Part shown: in pieces, positions 22,078-32,230 of the stretch
How positions within the stretch are numbered: the stretch's first letter is position 1
How the letters are laid out: each line of letters begins with the position of its first letter
Assembly: GCA_044238405.1 (NCBI GenBank)
Contig: JBIIDK010000001.1
Coordinates: forward strand, 6,114-70,113
Origin: Planktothrix sp.
GTDB lineage: Bacteria; Cyanobacteriota; Cyanobacteriia; Cyanobacteriales; Microcoleaceae
DNA: 64,000 bases
Reading direction: 5' to 3'
Position numbers and translations under genes: made by a program
The notes under the pieces: model-generated
What the model was told of the DNA's origin: nothing
Seen by the model: the letters and a program-made list of their open reading frames with translations, nothing else
Databases searched by the model: none

Positions 22078-22227
22078 ATGGATATTTTACAAGAGTTGAC
22101 AATTGTTGATATTTTGGTAGTCCTTGCTTTTTCCCTGATGATTATTTTTACGGGGGGTGTGATTTATTTAACCGCCGCTGAATGGCGAGATCGCAGACGT
22201 CGAGAACAAGAAAAACCTCGGCGTTAA
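22078..22227 (+). CDS. Small single-TM protein, 49 aa (absent from ORF track)
   Basis: MDILQELTIVDILVVLAFSLMIIFTGGVIYLTAAEWRDRRRREQEKPRR: one hydrophobic helix followed by an Arg-rich tail. Confidence 0.7.
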   Translation: MDILQELTIVDILVVLAFSLMIIFTGGVIYLTAAEWRDRRRREQEKPRR

Positions 22228-22330
22228 ATTGATTTTAGGGTTTGGATCGTCCAACCTAGATTCCTAGAGGGTTGGGTTCCCCAACCCCTACGGTTATTGT
22301 TAACTATCGTTAGGACGCATTTTTACAGTT

Positions 22331-23419
22331 TTAATGGAATAAATGAATATTAAAATAAAGGATTGCTAAATAGGAGGTTAGCCAAAGGAATAAACTTAAT
22401 TTTATTGTATGATCTTGAATCAAAATACGGCTAGGTTCTTCTCCGTCTGCTAAAACGGTGACTAACCATTTATAGTGCATCACTGCATAATAAACAATCG
22501 GAACCGTAATCACTAACGATGGATTTTTACCCGATGTAATTGTAAATAAAGCATAGCACATAATAGTCATGGTTGCTGTGCTATTGAGCAGAGAATCTAA
22601 ATAAGGTAAAGTATATTCAGATAAAACTGGACGTTGTTTGTTTTGTTTTCCCCGTTGATAGAATAAATGTAAATAAGAGAATTTTAAGGTTTTAGAGTTG
22701 GTATTTTCTGGAGTTGAGGTTTCTAAATTTAAGCTGTCCTGATGGCTATGACGATGTAAGAGTGTTAACAGTTCAGAACGTCTTTTAGAAAAGCCTAAAA
22801 ATAACGTCAGGAAAAAGGTACATAAAACAATCCAAGCCGTCGGCATATCTCCTAACACATAAATTCCCGCTAATAACCTTAACACAAATCCAAAGGCAAT
22901 ACAATTAACATCAAATAACGGTAAATTCTTGAGTTTTAAAGAATAAACAATATTGTTAATAGCGTAAAGTAAAATACAAATTAATGTTGAAATTCCTAAT
23001 AAATTACCCCCTAGAATAGAAAGGATTGCTAAACTAACGGCGATCGCTAATCCCGTTTTAATTGAAACTTGACCACTGGCAATGGGTCGATACTTTTTTT
23101 TCGGATGCAAGCGATCGCGTTTTCGGTCTTGAATATCATTAAAAATATAAATGGCTGATGCCATAATTGAGAAGAAAATCACCGTTAATCCCGATAGTAA
23201 AATGCTCTGGGGTTCTAACAGTCTACCCCCAAACAAAAGTCCGGCTAAACAAAAAAGATTTTTTGTCCATTGATGGGGACGTAGAAGTTTAATCCAAGGA
23301 GTTAAAATGGAGGATTTAACCGGAATTAATTCAGGATGATTAGCATCAGAATGAGTTTCTATAATAGAAGTAGAATCCCCTGAGTAATGGTCTTGATCGA
23401 CTGGTTTCATAATATTCAT
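22331..23419 (-). CDS. UbiA-family decaprenyl-phosphate phosphoribosyltransferase-like protein
   Basis: LRPHQWTKN, YIFNDIQDRKRDRLHPKKKYRPIASG, GFVLR, FLGFSKRRSEL. Confidence 0.9.
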   Translation of the reverse strand: MNIMKPVDQDHYSGDSTSIIETHSDANHPELIPVKSSILTPWIKLLRPHQWTKNLFCLAGLLFGGRLLEPQSILLSGLTVIFFSIMASAIYIFNDIQDRKRDRLHPKKKYRPIASGQVSIKTGLAIAVSLAILSILGGNLLGISTLICILLYAINNIVYSLKLKNLPLFDVNCIAFGFVLRLLAGIYVLGDMPTAWIVLCTFFLTLFLGFSKRRSELLTLLHRHSHQDSLNLETSTPENTNSKTLKFSYLHLFYQRGKQNKQRPVLSEYTLPYLDSLLNSTATMTIMCYALFTITSGKNPSLVITVPIVYYAVMHYKWLVTVLADGEEPSRILIQDHTIKLSLFLWLTSYLAILYFNIHLFH

Positions 23420-23444
23420 TTCTCTGATATTTTATGGTTTTAAT

Positions 23445-23801
23445 TTAACGAGATATAATCATAATTCCAGCTACAATAAAACTTAACCCGAACACTTGAT
23501 TTAAACTAAAGCGTTCTCCAAAAAATAACGTTCCTGCTAATACCACTAAGGTAAAACCAATGGATGCAAAAATCGGATAAGCAATAGAAATCGGTAAGCG
23601 TTCTAAGGCTTTAGCAAAGGCAATAATATTAATCCCATAGACTAAGAGAGCAGCTAGAAACCAAGGAGATGATAAGAGCGTTAATAAACTCGAATCAGGA
23701 GCTTCTAGCCGTGATTTTTTGAGTAATATATTACCAATTGCTGTGTTAATAGAAGCGATTAAAACAAAACTCCATGAAATCCAGTTCGCTGAGTTTATCA
23801 T
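23445..23801 (-). CDS. SMR/EamA-like 4-TM small membrane protein (ArnE/F-like flippase candidate)
   Basis: 118 aa, four hydrophobic helices, LPISIAYP and FFGERFS..GL.FIVAGI patterns. Confidence 0.75.
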   Translation of the reverse strand: MINSANWISWSFVLIASINTAIGNILLKKSRLEAPDSSLLTLLSSPWFLAALLVYGINIIAFAKALERLPISIAYPIFASIGFTLVVLAGTLFFGERFSLNQVFGLSFIVAGIMIISR

Positions 23802-23872
23802 ATTTATCGAGTTTAAAATAGGTTATGAATCATTGATCAGGGTGTATTGTAATCACGCAACCAACAGAGGGT

Positions 23873-24898
23873 TTAGGAAAGTTGTTTTAACACCCAAAGT
23901 AATTTTTCTTTGACGGGACGCCGATGGGCGGAACCTGCTTTTTCCGCTTGCAGTTGATTATAGTTTTTTTGGAACCAATCATAACTTTCTCGGAACATTT
24001 CATCATTAGAATATTTTGGTTTCCAGCCTAGTTTTAGTAAAGGATCGACATCAAAATAAAATTCTTTATGATAAGTTAAATAATGCCAAGGAGCTAAAGG
24101 ACTTAACCCCATCCAGTCTAACAGTTGTAAAGTTCCAATTGTTAATCCAGTGGGTAAACTTTTAACTTCAGAATCTGTTCCTGCATATTCAATTAAATGT
24201 TCTAATCCTTCTCGTAACGTGCCAAAGCGATCAGTTCCAACATTATAAATTCCGGGTTGTCCTAAATCAAGAGCTAGGAGATAGGCATCCATTAAATCAT
24301 GGGCATGAACAAACTGGAATTTAACGTTACCGCTACCAATCACATAAATGTTTTTTCTTTCTTGAATCCATTCAAATAATATCTGAAAAATCCCTAATCT
24401 TCCTTCTCCTAAAATGGTTCGAGGACGAATTACAATTAAAGGTAAACCTGCTTGATCACAAATGTCTCTAACCGCTAATTCTCCAGCTAATTTTGCTCGT
24501 CCATAAATTTCAATGGCTTTTGTGGGTGTATCATTGGTAATTGGACATTTAGCATCGCCAAATAAGGCACTAGAACTCATGTGAATAAAGCTTTTTACCC
24601 CTGCTTTTACGGCTTCTTCGGTGGCGATTTTACTGCCTTCAACGTTAACTTCCCAGAATTTATTACCGGATTTTGTGAGAGGAACTAAAGCAACATTATG
24701 ATGCACAATATCAATTCCTTTCATCGCTTTTGCAACCCCAGTCCGATCGCAAATATCACAATTAATAAACTCAATTTCTGGGGGACGGGTGGGATCTTCC
24801 CAAATATCTAAAATTTTAACTTCTTCTCCCCGTTCATATAATCGACGAGCAATTAAATTCCCTAAAAACCCTGACCCGCCTGTTATTAAGTGCTTCAT
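23873..24898 (-). CDS. Extended SDR, NAD-dependent epimerase/dehydratase
   Basis: ITGGSGFLG, YGRAK (YxxxK), IRPRTILG. Confidence 0.9.
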   Translation of the reverse strand: MKHLITGGSGFLGNLIARRLYERGEEVKILDIWEDPTRPPEIEFINCDICDRTGVAKAMKGIDIVHHNVALVPLTKSGNKFWEVNVEGSKIATEEAVKAGVKSFIHMSSSALFGDAKCPITNDTPTKAIEIYGRAKLAGELAVRDICDQAGLPLIVIRPRTILGEGRLGIFQILFEWIQERKNIYVIGSGNVKFQFVHAHDLMDAYLLALDLGQPGIYNVGTDRFGTLREGLEHLIEYAGTDSEVKSLPTGLTIGTLQLLDWMGLSPLAPWHYLTYHKEFYFDVDPLLKLGWKPKYSNDEMFRESYDWFQKNYNQLQAEKAGSAHRRPVKEKLLWVLKQLS

Positions 24899-25027
24899 AA
24901 ATTTCTGTTTGTCCTTAACACCACCGATTTGCCCATATCATAAACGAAAGTTACCTTTTCGTAAAGGACGGATAACAACTAATTCTGAAAAAAGATAGTT
25001 AATTTACGCTGAGTTTAAATCTAGTTT

Positions 25028-25594
25028 TTAGCCTGAAAATTTGGAATCAATCTTCCATCGATAAACCCTAATTAAATCATACAATAAAGCTATATATTCG
25101 TAAAGTAAATTAGCGGGGAAATAATGATAATAAATCAAACGGAGTGGCATTGTTCTATTGGCTAGTTCAGGATAAGAAGTAATCACTTGTTGAATATTAT
25201 AGCCACACAATTTAAACATTAATTGACTTCGTAAAGCATGGGGTTGATTACAATATAAAATCACAGGTTCTAAGGGCCATTTTCCCTGTTGTTCTAACCA
25301 TTTTCTTAATAATCTAGCATTATCAAAGGTATCCAGATAAGGGCGATCTTTAACATTTTCAGGAATAAAAACTTGAAGCTCTGGTCGATAATACAAGAGA
25401 TATTTTGCAGCACATTGTTCTTCTGGTTCGGGACAATCAAAGGAATTCCCAGGGGAAATATAAACTTTTTCATCAACAGTAACCTGCTTTAAAACTTGTT
25501 GTAAAACTGCTTCAAAATAATTAGATAAAAAATAACAATTCGCGTAATCTTCCCGAAAAACTAATCCTTCTGTTACGACAATATGACTCACCAT
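25028..25594 (-). CDS. YdcF/DUF218-like protein
   Basis: DTFDNARLL and LYCNQPHALRS resemble the DUF218 TxENA / TSxxHxxRA motifs; terminal YEYIALLY. Confidence 0.55.
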   Translation of the reverse strand: MVSHIVVTEGLVFREDYANCYFLSNYFEAVLQQVLKQVTVDEKVYISPGNSFDCPEPEEQCAAKYLLYYRPELQVFIPENVKDRPYLDTFDNARLLRKWLEQQGKWPLEPVILYCNQPHALRSQLMFKLCGYNIQQVITSYPELANRTMPLRLIYYHYFPANLLYEYIALLYDLIRVYRWKIDSKFSG

Positions 25595-25596
25595 GA

Positions 25597-26661
25597 TTAA
25601 TCTAAACCTCCATAATTATTGAAAATCCAGGTTAAGCTTCTTCGCATTCCTTCTTCTAAAGTAATAACGGGATCATAGCCTAATTCCCGTTGAGCTTTAG
25701 CCACCGAACAAGCAATGGTTTTATTCATTTCTGAGAGAACATGAATTTTTTGATGATAGAATCCTAATGTTTGTAACGTTCCATCAATCACAAAAGCAAT
25801 TTCACTCGCTAAACTCGGTAATTTTAAGCGTTTATGGGTGCAAGTTTGGTGAAATTCTGTTTCTAATAATTGTTCAATGGTATCAATAATTTCATTCATT
25901 GAGTAGGGTCGTTTATCGGCGATCCAATAGGTTTCTCCGTTGGCTTTTTCAGTCATTGCTGCTAATAATAATCCCTGACAAAGATTATCTACATAAGCCA
26001 TTGATCTTAAGTTATTTCCACTTCCAACTATGGGTGCTTTCCCATCTCGAATCATTTTAAAAAATAAAGTTTGACGTTGAGGTTGATGGGGGCCATAAAA
26101 CCAAGGGGGACGAATTATAACGGTTTCTATTTTTCCCTGTTGTTGATAGGTTTTAACGGCTAATTCCATCAACATTTTTGATCGTCCATAGTTCATATAA
26201 GGATGATAGGGAGAGATTTCATCAAATAAATGATCAGGATGGGGATTACAACCACAGGGAGAATTTGAAGAGACAATAACTGCTCGTTTTACACCGTTAT
26301 TAATTGCAGAATTTAATAGATTTTTTGTTCCTTCTACATTGATTTGATAAAATTCTGATACGTTTTGCGGGTGAATAATTCCAGCCGTATGAAATAAAAT
26401 AGCATTTTCAGCATTTTCGCAAAAGCGATCGCAATCTTGGGGGTTTCTTAAGTCTCCTTGATAAATTTCGATTTGATCGGATATTTTTTGCAATTTTGTT
26501 GAATCTTGGTTGGGTAAAATTAAACAGCGAATTTTTAAAGGATTTTGAGGTTGACTCAAAGGTTCAAAATCAGGTAATCCTTGAACCAATGATTCTACTA
26601 AACGAATTCCTAACCATCCTAATGCACCTGTAACTAAAATCAGGTTAGTTTTTAACTCCAT
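25597..26661 (-). CDS. Extended SDR, NAD-dependent epimerase/dehydratase
   Basis: VTGALGWLG, FHTAG, YGRSK, IRPPWFYGP. Confidence 0.9.
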   Translation of the reverse strand: MELKTNLILVTGALGWLGIRLVESLVQGLPDFEPLSQPQNPLKIRCLILPNQDSTKLQKISDQIEIYQGDLRNPQDCDRFCENAENAILFHTAGIIHPQNVSEFYQINVEGTKNLLNSAINNGVKRAVIVSSNSPCGCNPHPDHLFDEISPYHPYMNYGRSKMLMELAVKTYQQQGKIETVIIRPPWFYGPHQPQRQTLFFKMIRDGKAPIVGSGNNLRSMAYVDNLCQGLLLAAMTEKANGETYWIADKRPYSMNEIIDTIEQLLETEFHQTCTHKRLKLPSLASEIAFVIDGTLQTLGFYHQKIHVLSEMNKTIACSVAKAQRELGYDPVITLEEGMRRSLTWIFNNYGGLD

Positions 26662-26736
26662 AATTTTATGATTTCGGATTATGATTATATTTTAGTCTTA
26701 ATTAAGGATATTATAACTGAAACCAGTAATTTTTTT

Positions 26737-28203
26737 CTAAATTTTATTTAAGAATTTTAGCACATTTCGACGAGCGATCGCCATAATTGAACCTTGAGGA
26801 TTAACCCCTGGTGCGGTACAAAGTAAACTAGCATCAGCAATATATAAATTATTAAACCCATGAACTTTCCCAAAGGAATTAACAGCACATTTTTTTAAGT
26901 TTTCTCCCATTGGACAGGAGGAGAAAACATGAACAGTCATTAAATTTGTTTGTTTTACAGGTAATTGTTCTGCTATTTTAGTTAAATCTTGAGGATGGGT
27001 CAAGGGAGAATGATTAGAAATACTAGGATAGAGAACTTTCGCCTTAGCTTCAAATAACAATAAAGCTAATTTTTGTAACGCTTCTGATAAATCTTTCAAG
27101 TCTTGAGAAGTTAGATGATAGCGAACCAAAGGATCATGAAAAAAGGGAATATTTCTCACCGTACCAAAACCTTCTCCAGTAATCATTGCATAATAGATCG
27201 CCATATTTTGCCAATATTTTTCAACAATGTTTGTATATTGGGGATGGTCGGTCATAGCAACGGATAAATAGGGAGGAGAACTAATTGAACATCCGAAACT
27301 AAATTGCGGTGCAAATTCTTTAACTTGATGGACAGGAACTCCCATATCTAAAGCGTTGATTTCTTCATTAAATTGAGCAATAATTTTAACCGTTGGGTGC
27401 ATTCTTAAAGAATTTCCAATATTATTTTTAATTCCACTGCGTCTTAATAACGCTGGGGTTTGAATTGCACCACAACAAACAAAGACGGTTTCCGCTTGAA
27501 TTTGAATTGGATAGCGTTGATAATTTCCCGTTAAAATCCACTGTTGATTAGTTTGTTTTAGGGTTTGAATTCGAGTATTCGCTAATAGTTTACATCCGGC
27601 TTTTAACGCTCTAGGAATAAAAGTTTTTGTCATCGATTGTCGAGTGCCTTTAGGAACTGTATTTTCCTCGGTTTCTTGATAACAAAACCAGCGAGGAACT
27701 TCTAAAGATTGCCACCCTAAAGCCGTTGCACCTTCCTGTAATTTTAAAGATGCAGTAGGAGCTTTCCCTGGTAAATAACAGACATTAACCGCTTGTTCAC
27801 AAGCTTCAAAATGGGGAATTAAATCATGTTCTGTTAATGTATCGACTTCAAATTCTGTGCGCCATTGCTCTAAAAGATCAGGGGGAGTGCGGTGATACAG
27901 TCCGCTATTAATTTCACTTCCTCCTCCGACACATCGACCTTCAACATATTGAATTTTAGGTTGACCAAAAGCGGCATTAAGTCCTCCATTTCGATACTTT
28001 TGTACCATTTCTTCAACGGAGAATGGCTGACAGGATTCTAAAGGTAAAAGAGATCCTTCTTCAATTAATAAAACCTCTCGTCCGGCTTCAGCCAATAAGC
28101 AAGCTGTAATTGCACCGCCTGGGCCAGAACCTATCACAGCAATTTCTGTTTTTAAATTAGATTCTACTGGAAAAATTAAGTTGATTTCTGAGAGATTAGA
28201 CAT
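26737..28203 (-). CDS. GMC family FAD oxidoreductase
   Basis: IGSGPGGA, GRCVGGGSEINSG, GAIQTPALL, HVFSSCPMG, IADAS, GVNPQGSIMA. Confidence 0.9.
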   Translation of the reverse strand: MSNLSEINLIFPVESNLKTEIAVIGSGPGGAITACLLAEAGREVLLIEEGSLLPLESCQPFSVEEMVQKYRNGGLNAAFGQPKIQYVEGRCVGGGSEINSGLYHRTPPDLLEQWRTEFEVDTLTEHDLIPHFEACEQAVNVCYLPGKAPTASLKLQEGATALGWQSLEVPRWFCYQETEENTVPKGTRQSMTKTFIPRALKAGCKLLANTRIQTLKQTNQQWILTGNYQRYPIQIQAETVFVCCGAIQTPALLRRSGIKNNIGNSLRMHPTVKIIAQFNEEINALDMGVPVHQVKEFAPQFSFGCSISSPPYLSVAMTDHPQYTNIVEKYWQNMAIYYAMITGEGFGTVRNIPFFHDPLVRYHLTSQDLKDLSEALQKLALLLFEAKAKVLYPSISNHSPLTHPQDLTKIAEQLPVKQTNLMTVHVFSSCPMGENLKKCAVNSFGKVHGFNNLYIADASLLCTAPGVNPQGSIMAIARRNVLKFLNKI

Positions 28204-28574
28204 GAATTTGATGAATGAATTGAATCAGATTGCCAATATAATACAACTAGACTTTCATAAAATCGCATCAGATCTCGACAAACGTGAAAGGGAGAATTTT
28301 TCCAAGCTAAAATTTGATGTTCTCGCATCGAGGGGGACTGACAATGAAAGAGAGAACCTCTAATAAGACCGGAAAATTCAAAAATTAATGTTAACACAAA
28401 TAAGGGCAATTGTAGATAATCGGGCATTCGCTTCTGTTGTTCTAAAACAAACTGAACGACAGAATTATGGGGAAAATATAAAGAATTGTTTGAGGCTGGA
28501 AAACGATAACTAATTAAAGAATAACACAGCGCAGAAACCGTATTTATAAACATTTGTTGAATCATTATTGACAT
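28176..28574 (-). CDS. Hypothetical protein, probable small partner of the GMC oxidoreductase
   Basis: 132-aa ORF overlapping the GMC start; no motif recognised with certainty. Confidence 0.5.
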   Translation of the reverse strand: MSIMIQQMFINTVSALCYSLISYRFPASNNSLYFPHNSVVQFVLEQQKRMPDYLQLPLFVLTLIFEFSGLIRGSLFHCQSPSMREHQILAWKNSPFHVCRDLMRFYESLVVLYWQSDSIHSSNSCLISQKST

Positions 28575-28877
28575 TTTTGATGACTTCGTTTAATATTATT
28601 TTTTTACTATAGCTTCGTATATCCTTTATTTTATCTCAAATTCCTTTGATTATTTTATATTTAATTCCTCCCTTAGCAATTTCTTGGTTTATTCTTGATT
28701 TTGGAATAATCTCTAGCTGTCGAAAAAAACAAAATTAAAGCTTGGATTTATGCTCCTAAATGTTAACAATTTATTCAAATAAACGGCGAAATTTCCGTCA
28801 TTGTTCAGCCCAAAAACAAACCCTAAGCCCTTAAAATATAAAAAAGACTAAATTGATTTGATCAATCTTTACCCGTT

Positions 28878-29978
28878 ATGAAACAACAGAGTGAAATTAT
28901 TCTCATCGGAGGCGGTTTAATCGGATTATCCCTCGCCGTTGAGTTAAAATTACGAGGAGCAACGGTCACGGTTCTCAGTCGAAATCAACAGGAAGCCGCA
29001 GGTTTAGTAGGTGCTGGAATGTTAGCACCCCAAGCGGAACAAATTCCCTCTGGCCCGATGCTAGACTTGTGTTTACGCAGTCGTGCACTGTACAACGACT
29101 GGACACGCAAACTAGAGGAAATGACCGGGTTAGAGACCGGATATTGGCCCTGTGGAATTTTAGCACCGGTTTATGAACGTCCCGACCGTACTACCTTACC
29201 CCAAACCCCAGACACGCCGAGTTATTGGCTAGAACGAGATGCCATTTTACATCAGCAACCCGGGTTAGGAGATGATGTCGTGGGGGGATGGTGGTTTCCC
29301 CAAGATGCTCAAGTTGATAACCGTCGGGGATTAATTAAAACCTTACAAACGGCGGCTCAGGAATTAGGCGTTACAATTATTGAGGGAATTACCGTCGAAA
29401 AAATAGTAACTTCTCCGCATCAAACGGTGACGGAACTACAAACCAATCAAGGAACCTTTAAAGCAGATCATTATATTTTAACAACAGGTGCTTGGTCAGG
29501 GGAATTATTATCAATTCCGGTTTATCCGAGAAAGGGTCAAATGTTATCGGTTCGGGTTCCCCAGGGTTTTGAATCTTTAGCGTTGAAACAAGTTTTATTC
29601 GGTTCAAATATTTATATTGTACCCCGTCGAGATGGTTTAATTGTGACTGGAGCTACATCAGAAACCGTCGGATTTACTACTGGTTTAACCCCTAATGGAA
29701 TTGAAGCGTTACTTTCAGGTGCGATTCGATTATATCCGATTTTAAAAGAGTTTCCTATTCAAGAATTTTGGTGGGGATTTCGACCCGAAACGCCCGATTT
29801 ATTCCCGATATTAGGGCCAAGTTCTTGGGACAATTTAACCTTAGCGGTCGGTCATTATCGGAATGGAATTTTATTAGCTCCAGTGACGGCTCAATTGATT
29901 GCAAATTGGGTTTTAAATGCTCAAACTGATCCATTATTACATCATTTTAGAAGCGATCGCTTTCAAACTTTAAGATAG
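28878..29978 (+). CDS. thiO: Glycine oxidase (thiamine biosynthesis)
   Basis: IGGGLIG, AGLVGAGMLAPQAE, PRKGQML, WWGFRP, GHYRNGILLAPVTA. Confidence 0.92.
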   Translation: MKQQSEIILIGGGLIGLSLAVELKLRGATVTVLSRNQQEAAGLVGAGMLAPQAEQIPSGPMLDLCLRSRALYNDWTRKLEEMTGLETGYWPCGILAPVYERPDRTTLPQTPDTPSYWLERDAILHQQPGLGDDVVGGWWFPQDAQVDNRRGLIKTLQTAAQELGVTIIEGITVEKIVTSPHQTVTELQTNQGTFKADHYILTTGAWSGELLSIPVYPRKGQMLSVRVPQGFESLALKQVLFGSNIYIVPRRDGLIVTGATSETVGFTTGLTPNGIEALLSGAIRLYPILKEFPIQEFWWGFRPETPDLFPILGPSSWDNLTLAVGHYRNGILLAPVTAQLIANWVLNAQTDPLLHHFRSDRFQTLR

Positions 29979-30075
29979 TAACCTAAGTCCCTAAACCTAA
30001 TGATTGAGAGATTTCTAAGTCCCTGTTCCCAGTAAATCGCAATTCCTGTTCCCTTCCTCAACTCGGTAATTTATT

Positions 30076-30714
30076 TTGCACTCATCACTTATGATCTCAA
30101 ATCTTAAAAAATTAGTATTGACAAGTTGGGAGTTGCAAACAGACTTAGAGTTTATTATCCAGTGGATATTAGTGACAGTCGTGGGATTTTTAGTCAGTTT
30201 AATCTGGATAGAAATTGGGGAAAGACCGGATTTAGGAGGACTCGAAGGTGCAATTGGCGGCTTGATGATCAGTTTCGCTCAATGGTGGGTTCTCAAACAT
30301 CATATTTCCCACAGTTGGCGCTGGATTTTTGTTCATATTTTAATCTGGACTATCATCGGGTTAACTCCGATTGGACTTTTAGGTTGGATTGTTCCTCGGA
30401 CATTACACCTGACCCCTCGAATTGTTTATGGCGTCATCGAGGGAGTGAAGTTAGGACTTTGTTTAAGCTTGGGCCAGTGGTGGGTCTTACGCACCGAAGT
30501 CTTCCAAGCATGGCGATGGATCATCGCCAGTGGACTTTCATGGGGGATAGCATTACCCATCGGTTGGATGTTTGGGGGAATTCTGCGTCAAGGAACCAGT
30601 TTTTTTCTCGGAGATGTTTTAGGTTTAGTCTTGGTTTGGACAATCGTTGCAGGGATGACCGGAACAGCGCTGACTCGATTATTATGGTATCCCATTAAAC
30701 AGAATGATGGGTAG
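30076..30714 (+). CDS. Multi-pass membrane protein of unknown function
   Basis: Several hydrophobic helices with an internally repeated QWWVL motif. Confidence 0.7.
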   Translation: MHSSLMISNLKKLVLTSWELQTDLEFIIQWILVTVVGFLVSLIWIEIGERPDLGGLEGAIGGLMISFAQWWVLKHHISHSWRWIFVHILIWTIIGLTPIGLLGWIVPRTLHLTPRIVYGVIEGVKLGLCLSLGQWWVLRTEVFQAWRWIIASGLSWGIALPIGWMFGGILRQGTSFFLGDVLGLVLVWTIVAGMTGTALTRLLWYPIKQNDG

Positions 30715-31219
30715 GAACCATCAGTTCTGTACGAATATCCACTTCCGTTGTTTCTTCGTTGTGCTCAGGAAAGAAGGGTTCAGGGGAAGAACCCGGTAAA
30801 GATACAACTTCCTCAGCACACATCGGTTCTAGTTGATGCTGCTGTTGACGGGATGGGTGATATTCGTCAATTCCTCCAGTTAAAATTAATTCTGTTGGAT
30901 CAGGCTGAATATTTAACAGAATTTTCGGGCCAGAGATGGCTAAATGAATCACTTGTCCATCGACTAAAGGAACTTGCTCAACCGCTTGGCCATTGACATA
31001 GGTTCCATTCGTTCCCAGATTGGTCACAATCCAATCTTCACAGTCGCGGCGAATCTCGACATGATAGCGAGAAACCACCGCACTATAGAGAACCACATCG
31101 TTCTTAAGGGATCGTCCAATCCGAATCACATCGTCCTTTTTAAAGACCCAACTGCGGACAGGAATCGATTGGAGAGGATGCAATAATGTTAGTTTAATCA
31201 CATTGGCAAAATCTAACAA
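30695..31219 (-). CDS. FHA domain protein
   Basis: IRIGRSLKND, VVSRYH, LGTNGTYVNG. Confidence 0.9.
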   Translation of the reverse strand: MLDFANVIKLTLLHPLQSIPVRSWVFKKDDVIRIGRSLKNDVVLYSAVVSRYHVEIRRDCEDWIVTNLGTNGTYVNGQAVEQVPLVDGQVIHLAISGPKILLNIQPDPTELILTGGIDEYHPSRQQQHQLEPMCAEEVVSLPGSSPEPFFPEHNEETTEVDIRTELMVPTHHSV

Positions 31220-31461
31220 TCAACAGTTACGCCCTAAACTTATTTTAATGTGGAATTTTTAGATTTTGGATGGGGACATAGGGCGATTGCGAGTTCAAGA
31301 CTCCTCTAAATTCGAGATTCAGAAAACCTGACTCCCCCACTCCAAAAATCTCGATACTCAAAACCTCTTGTACAGTTAGGAATTCATCAAGAACGGGTAG
31401 ATTGGCTGTTTTGTACTGAACTTCTCTTTACCCTCGCCCCTGTGTTCTGGGTTTTGCTCCG

Positions 31462-32202
31462 CTAAGACAATTGAAAAATAAACGAAACTAAATCTCCTTT
31501 ACCTAAAGCAATGCGATCGCCGGGTCTTAACCGATGTCGATTTCCTTTAGCTAGAGAGATATTATTAATATAAGTTCCATTGGAACTGCCCACATCTTCA
31601 ATATAGTACGCATCCCCTTCAATGCGAATATCCGCATGGGTACGAGAAACAATTTCTGAGTTGGGAAATCCCGAAACATCAACATCCGGGGGAACTAAAT
31701 CATTAGGTTTTCCCAGATGAATCACCGAGACATTGTGAGGTAATTCTAGGGTTGTATTGGTTTGAACATGAATCAACTTTGCAGTCTGCTGTTGTAATTG
31801 GGTTGCAGCACCTTGAAAACTTTGAACCCCCTGAGCTAGAGGTTCTGCAACCGGAATCACAGGAACAACAACAGAAGGAGATTTTTCTAAATTCGGTGCT
31901 GAACTGACCGCAGGCTCTGGCAACGGTTCAACAACAGAGGCACTTGGGGGGGAAACCAAAGTGGGAATTACCCCTTGATTTTCGCCGGGATTGGTTTCTG
32001 CCGATGCGGGTTGTAAATTTGACCCACATTGACCACAGAATGCCGCATCTGTTTGTATCGTCGCTCCACAATGGGGACACTGGGTCATGGCAGGCAACGG
32101 CGTATAACAAGCTTCACATTGGGTCGCACCGTCTGGATTTTGATGATTACAATTGGGGCAAACAATCATAAGATTCTGATGGACTAATTTTAATGAGATC
32201 AA
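31462..32202 (-). CDS. Double zinc ribbon + FHA domain protein (FraH-like)
   Basis: Four CxxC pairs at the N-terminus; VSRTHA, GSSNGTYIN FHA motifs. Confidence 0.85.
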   Translation of the reverse strand: MISLKLVHQNLMIVCPNCNHQNPDGATQCEACYTPLPAMTQCPHCGATIQTDAAFCGQCGSNLQPASAETNPGENQGVIPTLVSPPSASVVEPLPEPAVSSAPNLEKSPSVVVPVIPVAEPLAQGVQSFQGAATQLQQQTAKLIHVQTNTTLELPHNVSVIHLGKPNDLVPPDVDVSGFPNSEIVSRTHADIRIEGDAYYIEDVGSSNGTYINNISLAKGNRHRLRPGDRIALGKGDLVSFIFQLS

Positions 32203-32230
32203 GAGTTGTGATGCTTAATTTTGGCAAATT

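Noticed and set aside
28575-28877. TPP riboswitch upstream of thiO
   Set aside because: No GGG..CTGAGA..CCTGA core; the region is plain AT-rich promoter DNA
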